Shown: positions 14,583-26,184 of the stretch, piece after piece
How the letters are laid out: each line of letters opens with the position of its first letter
Position numbering within the stretch: position 1 is the first letter of the stretch
Source of the DNA: Felis catus
Taxonomy: Eukaryota
Assembly (NCBI RefSeq): GCF_018350175.1
Contig: NC_058383.1
Coordinates: 16,432,001 to 16,496,000 of the forward strand
Reading direction: 5' to 3'
DNA: 64,000 nucleotides
Made by a program: the position numbers and the translations under genes
Notes under the pieces: generated by a model
Seen by the model: the letters and a program-made list of their open reading frames with translations, nothing else
Databases searched by the model: none
Told to the model about the DNA's origin: nothing

Positions 14583-14628
14583 TCCAGATTTATGTGACAT
14601 AAGTAAACCACTATTTAATACACAGTTT

Positions 14629-14816
14629 GGAGGCGCCTGGGTGGCTCAGTCAGTTAAGCGTCCGACTTTGCAGGTCATGATCTCAGGGCTGTGAGTTCAA
14701 GCCTGTGCTGACAGCTCAGAGCCTGGAGCCTGCTTCATATTCTGGGTCTCCCTCATTCTCTGCCCCTCCCCCGCTCATGCTGTCTCTCTCTGTCTCTCAA
14801 AAATAAACATAAAAAA
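14629..14816 (+). mobile_element. Can-SINE with a small internal deletion
   Basis: ggcgcctgggtggctcagtcagttaagcg head, (CT)n, aaaataaac tail. Confidence 0.93.
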
Positions 14817-14934
14817 GACGCAGTTAGTTTGGTTTAAAACAAGATAATTTGTATCTCTAGTTTTCAAACCATCTTGTGCAAGTTTGCCAAAAGGCAGCAA
14901 TTAGAGATATTCTTTTTCTGAAAATACTTTTCTC

Positions 14935-15270
14935 TTTTTTATAGCTTTATTGAGATGTAACAGAAAAATAAAAATTGTATATATTTAAGGTGTACAATGT
15001 GATGTTTTGATATACATATACATTGTGAAATGATTATCCCAATAAAGCTAGTTAACATATCCCTTACCTCACATAGTTAACACACTGTGTGTGTGTGTTT
15101 GCATGTGTGTGTGTGTGTGTGTGTGTGTGTCTGTGTGTATGTGGGGAATAAGAACAATTAAGATCTCTTTTAGCAAATTTCAAGTACACAATACAGTATT
15201 ATTAACTATAATCACCATGCTATAGAGTAGATCTCCAGAACTTTATCCTTTGCATAATTAAAATTTGAGA
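14935..15270 (-). mobile_element. Old L1MA-type 3' end containing (TG)n at ~15086-15142
   Basis: ttgtatatatttaaggtgtacaatgtgatg...gcaaatttcaagtacacaatacagtattattaactata motif. Confidence 0.8.
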
Positions 15271-15809
15271 CTCTTGAATTTATAGTAACTTACTTCAAAT
15301 TCTGAGACAGAATAGGCAGGGGAAGTTAAGAAACAATTTTTTTTTAGTGGTTTAGATGTTTATTGTTGATTTCAGTTAAAGGCTAGAAATGACTGCAATA
15401 CCCAACATTAAAGTTCTGCTAATACAGAACTTGCATATATAGACCAGAGTAAACAATACCATAACACAGAACACTATCTGTTTTAAAGGATACTATTTAC
15501 TATTAAGGAAAAAATGAAGTCAACATATACACGAAAGTGGAATAATTCTCAGGAATTATTATTCTCAAGTGAAGAAACCATGATACAGAGCCATTATTTG
15601 ATACTGTTTACTTTTCTTTTTGCTATACTTGTATATAATATTTCCTTTTAAATCATGCCCCATATTCTCATATCTTTGTGCTCTACTCAAAAGTAGGATA
15701 GCATGTCCTTCTCAGACAGTTCTGCTTAGAAATCAGCACATGCTCTTTTGTACCTCCCCTCCCTTGTTCCACAGTGTTGCAAGCACAGTGAATATTTGGT
15801 TCATAACTG

Positions 15810-16045
15810 TGGACAGTAGGAAGAACACCAGCTTTGGAGTCAGTTCAGACCTGTGTCTGCTGCATTGCTGAAATCTTGGGCAAGTAAGTTACTTATTTTT
15901 CTGAATATGAATTTTCTCAACTGGCATATGGCAACAAAAATATGTCTATATCTATCTATTATGATGACTAAAGGAGCTAAAGCACATAAGCACTCAGCAC
16001 AATGCTAGGTGCATAATAAGTGCTTCATAAATGACAGTTTTTATT
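15810..16045 (+). mobile_element. MIR
   Basis: Core cttgggcaagt..tactt and tail aagcactcagcacaatgctaggtgcataataagtgcttcataaatg. Confidence 0.8.
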
Positions 16046-16534
16046 AATTTAGTACAATGTTTAAGGGACTTGTTTAGATTTTATAAGCTCTTCTTTTCCA
16101 ACTCTCCTTGAGCTGTATCACCCCAGCCTTCCCTGGTAAGCTTCTCTGGAAAGTTAAGTAATTTTGCCTTTCCTGGTTCTTTTAAGCACTTTTTAAAGCA
16201 AAATTACCTATTTTACACTCAGTGCTTTAAAGAAGAATGCTCTCTGTCCTCTTGATTTCAAAAGAGAGTTTACCCTTTCTTTAGATTATTCTGCATGTTT
16301 ATGGTTAAATATATCACTGTGCATTTTAAGTTGAATATTACATATTATATAGGAGGCTGTCTAGCAAAACAGTTACAATTTAAAACAGATCAATAGTGTG
16401 GACTGAAAGCCAAAACCTGGGATAATGTCTCTATTAGACTCTCTTTTGATTTAAATTATATTGAAGGAATATAGTCTTATAAAGTAATTTTTAACAGATT
16501 TTTATTTCTTCATTTTCAGGTCTTTCAGCCTGGT

Positions 16535-16588
16535 ATGGCAGAAAAACCATTGTGTATGCCCACACAAATACCCCATGATGAAGATACA
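16535..16588 (+). CDS. SEPTIN14: SEPTIN14 first coding exon (MAEKPLCMPTQIPHDEDT); exon probably starts at 16520 with 15 nt of 5'UTR
   Basis: Polypyrimidine tract and cag acceptor at 16517-16519, ATG at 16535. The 18 codons resemble the human SEPT14 N-terminus (MAERTMAMPTQIPADGDT, from memory). Phase-0 GT at 16589 joins in frame to the next exon. Confidence 0.85.
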
Positions 16589-17699
16589 GTTGAGTATATC
16601 TTTCAAATAGAACTTCCAATTTTGTACTTTAACAAGATTGGGTAATTTCAAAATATTGATTCAGTAAAATGATATAGACATAGGTCATAAAGATTCGTGT
16701 TTGTTATGCTTGCACAAGAATTAAATTTTACATTGATTGGAGTTAAATACCAATATTGGTTTAAATAACTGTTCCCTGTTTCTTGAGTTTGCAGACTTTT
16801 TTGGTAGTATTCTTATTTAACACCAAAGAATAACAAACCTCCCATTAGGTGGGAAGAATAGCACTATTTTGATGCATGTGTTTGTGGAAATTTATGTGCT
16901 GATAATAAATAACTTTTAAGTGAAGTTATTTTAGGAAGTGGTTGGGTGGCTGTTTATTTCTTTGCTCAGTGGGAGATTGAAACAAGTTACATTTTAAGAT
17001 GAGCCTCTGTACTAGGGACAACTTACAATAATTCACATACAAATTTACACTAAAAAAGAGAGTAGTATGCCTGAATGAGTGAAAAGTGAGTTTTAGAATT
17101 CCTTTTGAGCAGAATGTCAAATATATATGTGAACATTGATCTATGTTAAATAGTGCTCATTTATGTCTTAGTACCTAATGGCTCTCTTCTTGGTATTTTC
17201 TCTTCCCCCAAACATGCATATCCAAACTACCATATTTTTTCTCTTTTCCTTCTCACTGTTACTCCTCTGAAGAGAATGGCTTATTCAATATTTGTTTTTC
17301 TATCAATCACATGCTTAAAATCACACTTGATCCACCTTTCATCTTCACTGCTTTTTAAACTACTGTCAAAGTCATGTCTCAGAAACGAAACCACTGACTT
17401 ATGTCCATGACATAATATCTTTGGCCCCTCTTTTGCATTAAATCATGGTGAACATTCCTTTGTTTACATGATATTAAAATAATAAAATTTTAGAATTAGA
17501 AGGGATACCAAAGGCCAATTAGTCACACTTTAAGCTAAGGTAGAAATGCTCAGTACACACCCTTTAGCAAGTAACCTTCCAACTTTTTTTAACTATTTTA
17601 CAATTGGCAACTTAGTTTGTTCCCTCATCATGCTCAAACAATAGGAAAGAGAAAACACTCCTCTCAACCTAGTTTTTCACCAGCAGTAACTAATATTTG

Positions 17700-18085
17700 G
17701 ACAAGTTTTCATATCAGCACACAGATCAACTTTATTCTTTTTAATAGCTCTGTACTTTTGCTATTATAAATGTACTTTTTTTCAATAGCCAGCCCCTCTA
17801 AGTAGTGGTAAGGTAACTTCTGGGCTTTTTTTTTTCCTGTTTCTCTTTCTTCTTCTTCCTCCTCCTCATTTTTTCTTCTTTTTCGTCTTCACAATTCTGT
17901 ATAATGCTGCATTGAATATCCTCCTACATACTTTTTCATATATATGTTTCATGTATTTTGTTAGAAATGAAATTATTGGATCAGAAAGTATATGCAATTT
18001 AAAATTTGATAGTAATTAGCAAGTCACTCTATAAAGATATTATGTCAATTTATGCTACAACCATCAATATGTGAGGATGTCTATC
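17700..18085 (-). mobile_element. Very old L1 (L1ME-like) fragment
   Basis: Degenerate match: ataatgctgcattgaatatcctc..agaaatgaaattattggatcag..ccatcaatatgtgagg. Confidence 0.6.
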
Positions 18086-18145
18086 TTGTTTTTTTTTTAA
18101 TCTCTCTCCTGTATTGGAATTCAAGGCTTAAGTAGACTCATTTAA

Positions 18146-18543
18146 TTGTTTTTTATTGAAGTGTAATTAACATATTGTTTTATATTAGTTTCAGACATAC
18201 AATATGATTAAACAATTCAATACATTACTCAGCGCTCATAATAATTAATGAACTCTTAGTCCCTTTTTATCTATTTCTTTCATTCTCCCACCTTCCTGTT
18301 TTCTGATAACCACCAGTTTCTTCTTTGTATTTAAGAGCCTGTTTTTTTGTGTGTCTTTTTTTCTTTATGTTTTTTGTTTGTTAAATTCCAAATATAAGTG
18401 AAATCATATGATATATGTCTTTCTCTAAGTGACTCATGTCAGTTAGCATTATACACTTTAGGTCCATCCATGTTGTTGCAAATGGCAGGTTCTCATTCTT
18501 TTTTATGGCCAAGTAATATTCTATTGTGTATATATGCCACATG
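18146..18543 (-). mobile_element. Carnivore L1 3' end only
   Basis: 3'UTR paralogous to 18545-18950 immediately adjacent. Confidence 0.85.
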
Positions 18544-18948
18544 TTTTTTTACACCAAGTTTTTATTTAAATTCCAGTTAGTTGACATACAGTGTAATATC
18601 AGTTTCAGGTGTAAAATTTAGTGATTCAACACTTACATACAACACTCAGTGCTCATCACAATAAGTATCTTCCTTAATCCCCATCACTTATTTACCACAT
18701 CACCCTTCCCACCTCCCCTCTGGTAACCATCAATTTGTTCTCTATAGTTAAGAGTCTGTTTTTCTATTTGCCTCTATTTCCGCCACTATGTTCATTTGTT
18801 TTGTTTCTTAAATTCCACATATGAGTGAAATCATATGGTGTTTGTGTTTCTCTGACTGACTTATGTCACCTAGCACAATACTCTTTTGCTCCATTCATGT
18901 TATTGCAAATGGAAAGATTTCATTGTTGCTATTGCTGAGTAATATTCC

Positions 18949-18991
<43 letters not shown>

Positions 18992-21900
18992 CCAATTTTT
19001 CTGTATACATTCATAGTCAATGGGCATTAGGACTCTTTCCATAATTTGGTGATTGTTGATAATGCTGCTATAAACATCAGGGTGCATGTATCCTTTTGAA
19101 TTAGTATTTTTGTATCCTTTGAGTAAAGACCCAAGAGTGCAATTGCTGGATAATGGAGTAGTTCTATTTTTAAACCTCCATACCATTTTCCAAAATGTCT
19201 GCACAAATTTGCATTTCTGTCAAGAGTGCAAGAGGGTTCCTCTTTCTCTGCATCCTTTACCAACATCTGTTGTTTCCTGAGTAGTTAATTTTAGCCATTA
19301 TGACAGGTGTGAGGTGGTATCTCATTGTGGTTTTGATTTGTATTTCCCTGATGTTGAGCAATGTTGAGCATTTTTTCATGTGTCTGTTAGCCATCTGGAT
19401 GTCTTCTTTGGAAAAGTGTCTATTCATATCTTCTACCCATTTCTTAACTGGATTATTTGTTTTTTATATGTTGAGTCCCAATAATTTATTCTTGATTTTG
19501 TTTCTCTTGCCTCAGGAGACATATCTAGAAATAAGTTGCTATAGCTAATGTCAAAGAGGTTATTGCATATGTTATTCTCTATCTCATATTTAGGTCTTTC
19601 CTATCTCACGTTTAAGTCTTTAATCCATTTTGAATTTATTTTTGTGTATGGTGTAAGGAAGTGGTCCAGTTCCTTTCTTTTGCATGTTGCTGAACAGTTT
19701 TCCTAACACCATTTGTTGAAGAGACTGTCTTTTTTTCCATTGGATATTCTTTCCTACTTTGTTGAATACTAATTCACCACATAGTTGTGGGTTTATTTCT
19801 GGGTTTTCTATTCTGTTCCATTTATCTATGTATATATTTTTGTGCCAGTATCATAGTATTTTGGTGACTACAGCTTTGTAATATAACTTGAAGTCCAGAA
19901 TTGTGATGGCTCCAGCTTTGCTTTTCTGTTTCAAGGTTGCTTTGGTTATTTTTAGTCCTTGTTCATTCCATACAGGTTTTAGGATAGTTTTTTTCTGGTT
20001 CAATGAAAAAATGCTATTGTTATTTTGATAAGGACTGCAATAAGTGTGTAGATTGCTTTGGGTAGTATGGACATTTAAACAATATTTGTTCTTTTGATTC
20101 AGGTCATAGAATGTCTTTCTATTTCTTTGTGTCATCTTTTGTTTCCTTCATCAGTGTTTTATAACTTTCAGGGTACGGGTCTTTCACCTCTTGGGTTAGG
20201 TTTATTCCTAGATATCTTATTATTTTAGGTGCAATTGTAAATGGGACCAATTCCTTAATTTCTCTTCCTGCTGCTTCCTTATTGGTGTATAGAAATACAT
20301 ATTTCTGCATGTTGATTTTATATCCCGAGACTTTACTGAATTCATGTGTTCTAGACGCTTTTGGTCAAATCTTTTGGGTTTTCTATATGGAGTATTATGT
20401 CATCTGCATATAGCGAAAGTTTGCTTTCTTCCTTGCTGATTTGGATGTCTTTTATTTCTTTTTGTTGCCTGATTGCTGAGGATAAGATTGTCGTACTATA
20501 TTAAGTAGTAATAGTGGGAGAGAACAGGCCTGTCTTGTTCCTGACCATAGAGGAAAAGCTCTCAGTTTTTCCTCACTGAGGATTATATTAGCTGTGAGTC
20601 TTTTGTATATGGCCTTTATGATGTTGAGGTATGTTCCATCTACCCTTACTTTGCTGAGGGTTTTTATCAAGAATGGTTGCTGTATTTTGTCAAATGCTTT
20701 TTCTGTATCCATTGAGATTATATGGTTCTTACCCTTTCTTTTCTTAGTGTGATATATATGGTTGATTGATTTGTGAATATTGAACCACGCTTGTAGCCAG
20801 GAATAAATCCCACTTGATCATGGTGAATGATTTTTTTAAATGTACTGTTGGATTCGATTTGCTAGTATTTTATTGAGAATTTTTGCACCCATATTCATCA
20901 GTTATACTGTCCTGTAGTTCTTTTTTTAGTGGAGTCTTTATCTGGTTTTGGTACCAGGCTAATACTGGCTTCAGAGAATGAGTTTGGAGTTTTCCTGCCA
21001 CTTCTATTTTTTGGAATAGTTTGAGAAGAATAGATATTAACTCTTCTTTAATTGTTTGGTAGAATTCACCTGTGATGTCATCTAGCCCTAGACTTTTGTT
21101 TGTTGGGAGATGTTTTATTACTGATATAATTTCTCTTATGGTTATTGGTCTGTCGAAGTTTTCCTTTTACCTGTTTCAGTTTTGGTAGCTTATATACTTC
21201 TAGGAATTTATCCATTTCTTCCAGTTTGTCCAATTTGTTGGCATATAGTTTTTCATAATATTGTCCAATAACTGTATTTCTGTGGTGTTGGCTATTATTT
21301 CTCCTCTTTCATTTGTGATTTTATTTATCTGGGTCTTTTTTATTTTGTAAGTCTGGCTAGGGGTTTATCAATTTTATTAATTTTTTCAAAGAACCAGCTC
21401 CTGGTTTCATTGATCTGTTCTATTGTGGGTTTTTTGTTGTCTTTTAGTTTCTATGCCATTTATTTCTTCTCTAATTTTTGTTATTTCCCTTCTTCTGCTG
21501 GCTGCAGGCTTCACTTGTTGTTCTTTGTTGAGCTCCATTAAGTGTAAGATTAGATTGTTTATTTGAGATTTTTCTGGCTTGTTTAGGTGGGCCTGTATTA
21601 CTATCTACTTCCCTATTAGGATCACTTTGCCACATCTCAAAGGTTTTAAACCGTTCTGTTTTCATTTTCATTTGTTTCCATGTATTTCCTTATTCTTTTA
21701 TTTCCTGTGTGACCCATTCATGGTTTAGTTGCATGTTGTTTAACCTCCATGTGTTCAAGCTCTTTCCAGACTTTTTCTCATGGTTTACTTCAAGTTTGAT
21801 AGTGTTGTGGTCAGAAAATATGCATGGTATGATCTCAATATTTTTGTCCTTTTGAGGCCTGATTTTTGACCTAGTATGTGATTTATTCGGGAGAATCTCC

Positions 21901-22929
21901 CATGTAGACTAAAAAGAATCTGTATTCTGCTATTTTAGATTAGCATGTTCTGAATATATCTGTGAAGTCCATCTGGTCCAGTGTGTCATTCAAAGCCATT
22001 GTTTCCTTGTTGATTTTCTGTTTGGATGTTCTCTCCATTGATATAAATGGGGTGTTAAAATCCCCTAATATTATGGTATTATTATCAATGAGTACTTTTA
22101 TATTTGTTGTTAACTTTTAAAATATATTTTGGTGTTTCATGTTGGGTGCATAAATATTTATAATTTTTAGACCTTGTTGGATTGTCCCCCTTATTATGGC
22201 ATAGTGCCCTTTTTGGTCTCTTACTACTGACTTTTTTTTTTGAAGTCCATTTTTCGTGTATTAGTATGGCAACTCCACCTTTCTTTTCATGTCCATTGCA
22301 TGTCAATATTTCTCAATCCCCTCACATTCAATCTGCAGGTGTCTTCAGGTCTAAAATGAGTCTCATAGGCAGCATATAAGTGGGTCTTGTTTTTTTAAAT
22401 CCATTCTGACACCCTATGGCTTTTGATTGGAGTGTTAAGTCCATTTATATTCGAAGTAATTATTGATAGATATATTCAGTGTCACATCATTACTTGTTTT
22501 GTCATTGTTTCTGGAGATTTTTCCTGATCTTTTCTTGTCTTTGCCACCTTTGGTCTCTTCTTTCTTTGCCACTTTTGGTCTTTCCACTCAAAGTATCCCC
22601 TTTAATATTTCTTTCAGGGCTGTTTAGTGGTCAGTAATTCCTTTGGTTTTTGTCTGTCTGGGAAACTCTATTTTTCCTTCTATTCTGAATGATAGCCATG
22701 CTGGAAAATATTCTTGACTGCAGTTTTCCCCATTCAGCACTTTGAATATATCATGCCACTCCCATTTGGTTTGTCAAGTGTCTATTGAGAAATCTCCAGC
22801 TAGCCTTATGGGTTTTCCCTTGTAAGTTAAGGACTTCTTTAGTCTTGCTGCTTTAAAGACGTTTTCTTTCACTCTACTTTGCAAATGTAATTACAATATA
22901 GCTTGCTGTTGGCTTGCTTTTGTTGATTT

Positions 22930-23149
22930 AAAAATTTTTAAAAATGTTTGTTTATTTTTGAGAGCCAGAAAGAGAGACAGAGTGTGAGTGGGGGAGGGGC
23001 AAAGGGAGATGGAGACACAGAATCTGAAGCTGTCACAGGCTCTGAGCTGTCAGTACAGATCTCAATGCGGGGCTTGAACTCACAAACCGTGAGATCATGA
23101 CCTGAGCTGAAGTTGGATGCTTAACCGACTGAGCCACCCAGAGGCCACA
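22930..23149 (-). mobile_element. Can-SINE
   Basis: TSD ttttgttgattt at 22918-22929 and 23150-23161. Confidence 0.94.
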
Positions 23150-23559
23150 TTTTGTTGATTTTGATGGGAGTTCTCTGTGCCTCCTGGATCTGGATGTCTG
23201 TTTCCTTCCTCAAATTAGGGAAGTTTTCAGCTACTATTTCTTCAAATAAATGTTTTGCCCCCTCTTCTCTGTCTTCTTCTTGTGGGACTCTTGTAATACA
23301 AATGTTATTACATTTGATGCAGTCATTGAGTTCCTTAAGTCTATCTCATGTTGCATAATTCTTTCTTATTTTGTTTAGCTTCTTTAATTTCTCTTACTTT
23401 GTCTTCTATCACTAATTCATTCCTCTGCTTCTTCCACTCTGCTATTCATTGCACCAAGCCTGTTTCCAATCTCATTTATTGCACTATTCATCTCTGATTG
23501 ATTCTTTTTGAACTCTTTTATATCTGTGGTAATGGTCTCACTGATCTCTTCTTTTCTTT

Positions 23560-23773
23560 AAAAAAATTTTTTTTAATGTTTATTTATTTTTGACAGAGAG
23601 AGAGAAAGAGCATGAGCGGGGAAGGGGCAGAGAGAGAGGGAGACAGAATCTGAAGCAGGCTCCAGGCTGCGCTGTCAGCACAGAGCCCGACGTGGGGCTT
23701 GAACCCACAGACCGCGAGATCATGTCCCGAGCTGAAGTCGGATGCTCAACCGACTGACCCACCCAGGCGCTCC
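23560..23773 (-). mobile_element. Can-SINE
   Basis: TSD tctcttcttttcttt at 23545-23559 and 23774-23788. Confidence 0.95.
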
Positions 23774-23789
23774 TCTCTTCTTTTCTTTT

Positions 23790-23833
23790 AAAATATTCAT
23801 TTTATTTTTATTTTTTTTGAGTTTGTTTTTGAA

Positions 23834-23870
<37 letters not shown>

Positions 23871-23995
23871 CCTAAGCAGGCTCCATACTGTCAGCACAAA
23901 GCCTGATGCAGAGCTTGAACTCATGAACCATGAGATCATGACCTGAGCCAAAATCAAGAGTCAGACAATTAGTTGAGTGAGCCACCAAGGTGCTC
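23790..23995 (-). mobile_element. Can-SINE (older subtype)
   Basis: (GA)n, gcaggctccatactgtcagc..gagatcatgacctgagccaaaatcaagag body. Confidence 0.92.
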
Positions 23996-24308
23996 TTCTT
24001 CTATTCTTTTTTTAAACCCAGAGAATATACTTATTATTTTTGCTTTAAATTCTCCATCAGACATGTTACTTATATCTGCCTTTCTTAGATCTCTGGTTGT
24101 GACCTTATCTTGTTGTTTCATTTGGGATGAATTCCTCTGTCATGGCATTTTGTCTAAGTCTCTGCCTTCTTCTGTGTGTTACAAGCCTGTATGTTTCCTG
24201 CTCCCTAGAGTAATAGCTTATGAAGAAGAGGTCATAAATGTCCAGGGCCTGTCACTTTAGGAAGTGTCTCTGGTGTGTGCTGCATGCACTGCTATTTGCT
24301 CTATTCTT

Positions 24309-24526
24309 TTTTTTTAAAATTTTTTTTTCAACGTTTATTTATTTTTGGGACAGAGACAGAGCATGAACGGGGAGGGGCAGAGAGAGAGGGAGACACAGAA
24401 TCGGAAACAGGCTCCAGGCTCCGAGCCATCAGCCCAGAGCCCGACGCGGGGCTCGAACTCACGGACCGCGAGATCGTGACCTGGCTGAAGTTGGACGCTT
24501 AACCGACTGCGCCACCCAGGCGCCCC
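24309..24526 (-). mobile_element. Very young felid Can-SINE
   Basis: TSD tgctctattctt at 24297-24308 and 24527-24538; nearly identical to 10217-10431. Confidence 0.97.
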
Positions 24527-25125
24527 TGCTCTATTCTTCATACCATGCGTCTGCAGGCTCTCCTTGCCTGCAGTGGGTAATGTTGGGTCCCTGGCCAGAA
24601 TGTGGAGTTTTAACTAGGTATGGCCTTATCTGTTTGTTGAATGAGACCTGATACTACTGAAGCCCTGCAGATCTTCCTGGTCAGGAGACATGGTGTGGCC
24701 AGGTGTTTATGCTGGTCTTTCTTCTGGGGAAGGGGCCTGCTGTGCTGGTACCGAGGTAAGCTTGACTGAGAAGGGCAGTTGTGCCAGAGTGTAGGGGTGT
24801 GGGATTTGGTGCAGGCAGGTTAGGCAGCCAGTCTTGGTACTGCCTGCTTACTGCAGGTGTGTCTATGTTTATATGAGGGTTGAAGGAGGGAACTGACATA
24901 AGCTGTCTCCTTTGTTCCTGTAGAGGTGACTCCTTGAATGCTGCCTCTCAGAGAAGCACTCCAAGAAGAGCAAATAATCTCTCCATGTTTGACCCAGGCA
25001 TTTTTGAGATGTCTGTGTCCATACTCTCTGCTTCTGGATTATTGCTTACCTTTTATCCGGGAGCAGCACAGTGCCCTCTGGGATCTCTCCCAGCGAAGCC
25101 TGCTGACTTTTAAAACCCCAGGCTA

Positions 25126-25345
25126 GGGGTGCCTGGGTGGCTCAGTCGGTTAAGAGGCCAACTGGCTCAGGTCATGATTTCACGGTCCATGAGTTCGAGC
25201 CCCACATCGGGCTCTGTGCTGACAGCTCAGAGCCTGGAGCCTGTTTCAAATTCTGTGTCTCCCTCTCTCTGACCCTCCCCCATTCATGCTCTGTCTCTCT
25301 CTGTCTCAAAAATAAATAAACGTTAAAAAAAATTAAAAAAAAAAA
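25126..25345 (+). mobile_element. Can-SINE
   Basis: TSD-like aaaaccccaggct (25112-25124) and aaaacctccaggct (25342-25355). Confidence 0.95.
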
Positions 25346-26184
25346 CCTCCAGGCTTTAGGGACACGGTGTGGGCAAAGGCTTGTAGTAGTCTTCTTGGGG
25401 AGGAGCCAACTTCACTGGGACTGAGACAAGTTTGACTGAGAAGGGCATTTGCACCAGAGCACAGAGGGTGAGACTTGGTATAAGCAAGTTAGGCAGCCAG
25501 TGTCAGTGCTGTGCTATTTCCAGCAGGTGGCTCTGTGTATATGCTGAGGGGCTGCAGAGGGAAATAGCACCAGCTGGCTCCTTTGTCCCCAGAGAGTCAA
25601 CTCTGTGAATGCTGACTCTCAGAGATGCACTCCATGAGCAGCAAATAATCTCCCCCACTGTGTGCCCCAGGCATTCTTCAGATTACTGATCCCATGCCTT
25701 CTGCCTCCCCATTCCCCTCACTGTCTCCTCCTCCCACCCCCCAGTTGTTTGCCTGCCTTATCTCTAGGAATAAATCAGTGTCTTCAGGGCTCAATCCCAG
25801 CAAAGCCTGTGGACCTTTAAAACTCATCTTTAAACCCTGCTGGTTGCAAGAACTCAACCCCTCTTGTTTTTCCAGCCAATGGCTTTAGGGGAAATGTTCT
25901 CCTTGTGTGTTCTTTCCCTTGTGTGCTCACTCTCTCTTGCTTTTTCCTGTGAACATAGCTGCTTCCCCTCTGCAGCATTTCTCTGCAGCATTTCTCCATT
26001 AAACCATGTCTCCACACTTCCTACATTCTTTGATGTGGCTTCTTTCTCTCCCTTTAGTTATGGAGCTTGTTCTGCCAGTCTTCAGGTTGATTTCTGGATT
26101 ATTTAGAACGATTTGATAGCTATCTAATTGTGTTCAAGGGATGAGACAAGCCTAGGGTCCTCCTACTTTGCTGCCATCTTCTCC

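Larger units (their letters stand above)
18545..26184 (-). mobile_element. Full-length degenerate carnivore L1, antisense in the SEPTIN14 intron; carries 5 SINEs and (TA)n at 18951-18990
   Basis: 3'UTR, ORF2 fragments, ORF1 and 5'UTR are colinear. The 5' end reads ggagaagatggcagc on the minus strand. Confidence 0.93.

Noticed and set aside
14313..14600. Domesticated hAT transposase exon
   Set aside because: Short and degenerate, embedded in a non-autonomous relic, with no supporting exon structure.
17250..17590. Possible L2 or MIR3 fragments
   Set aside because: Similarity is too weak to support by eye.
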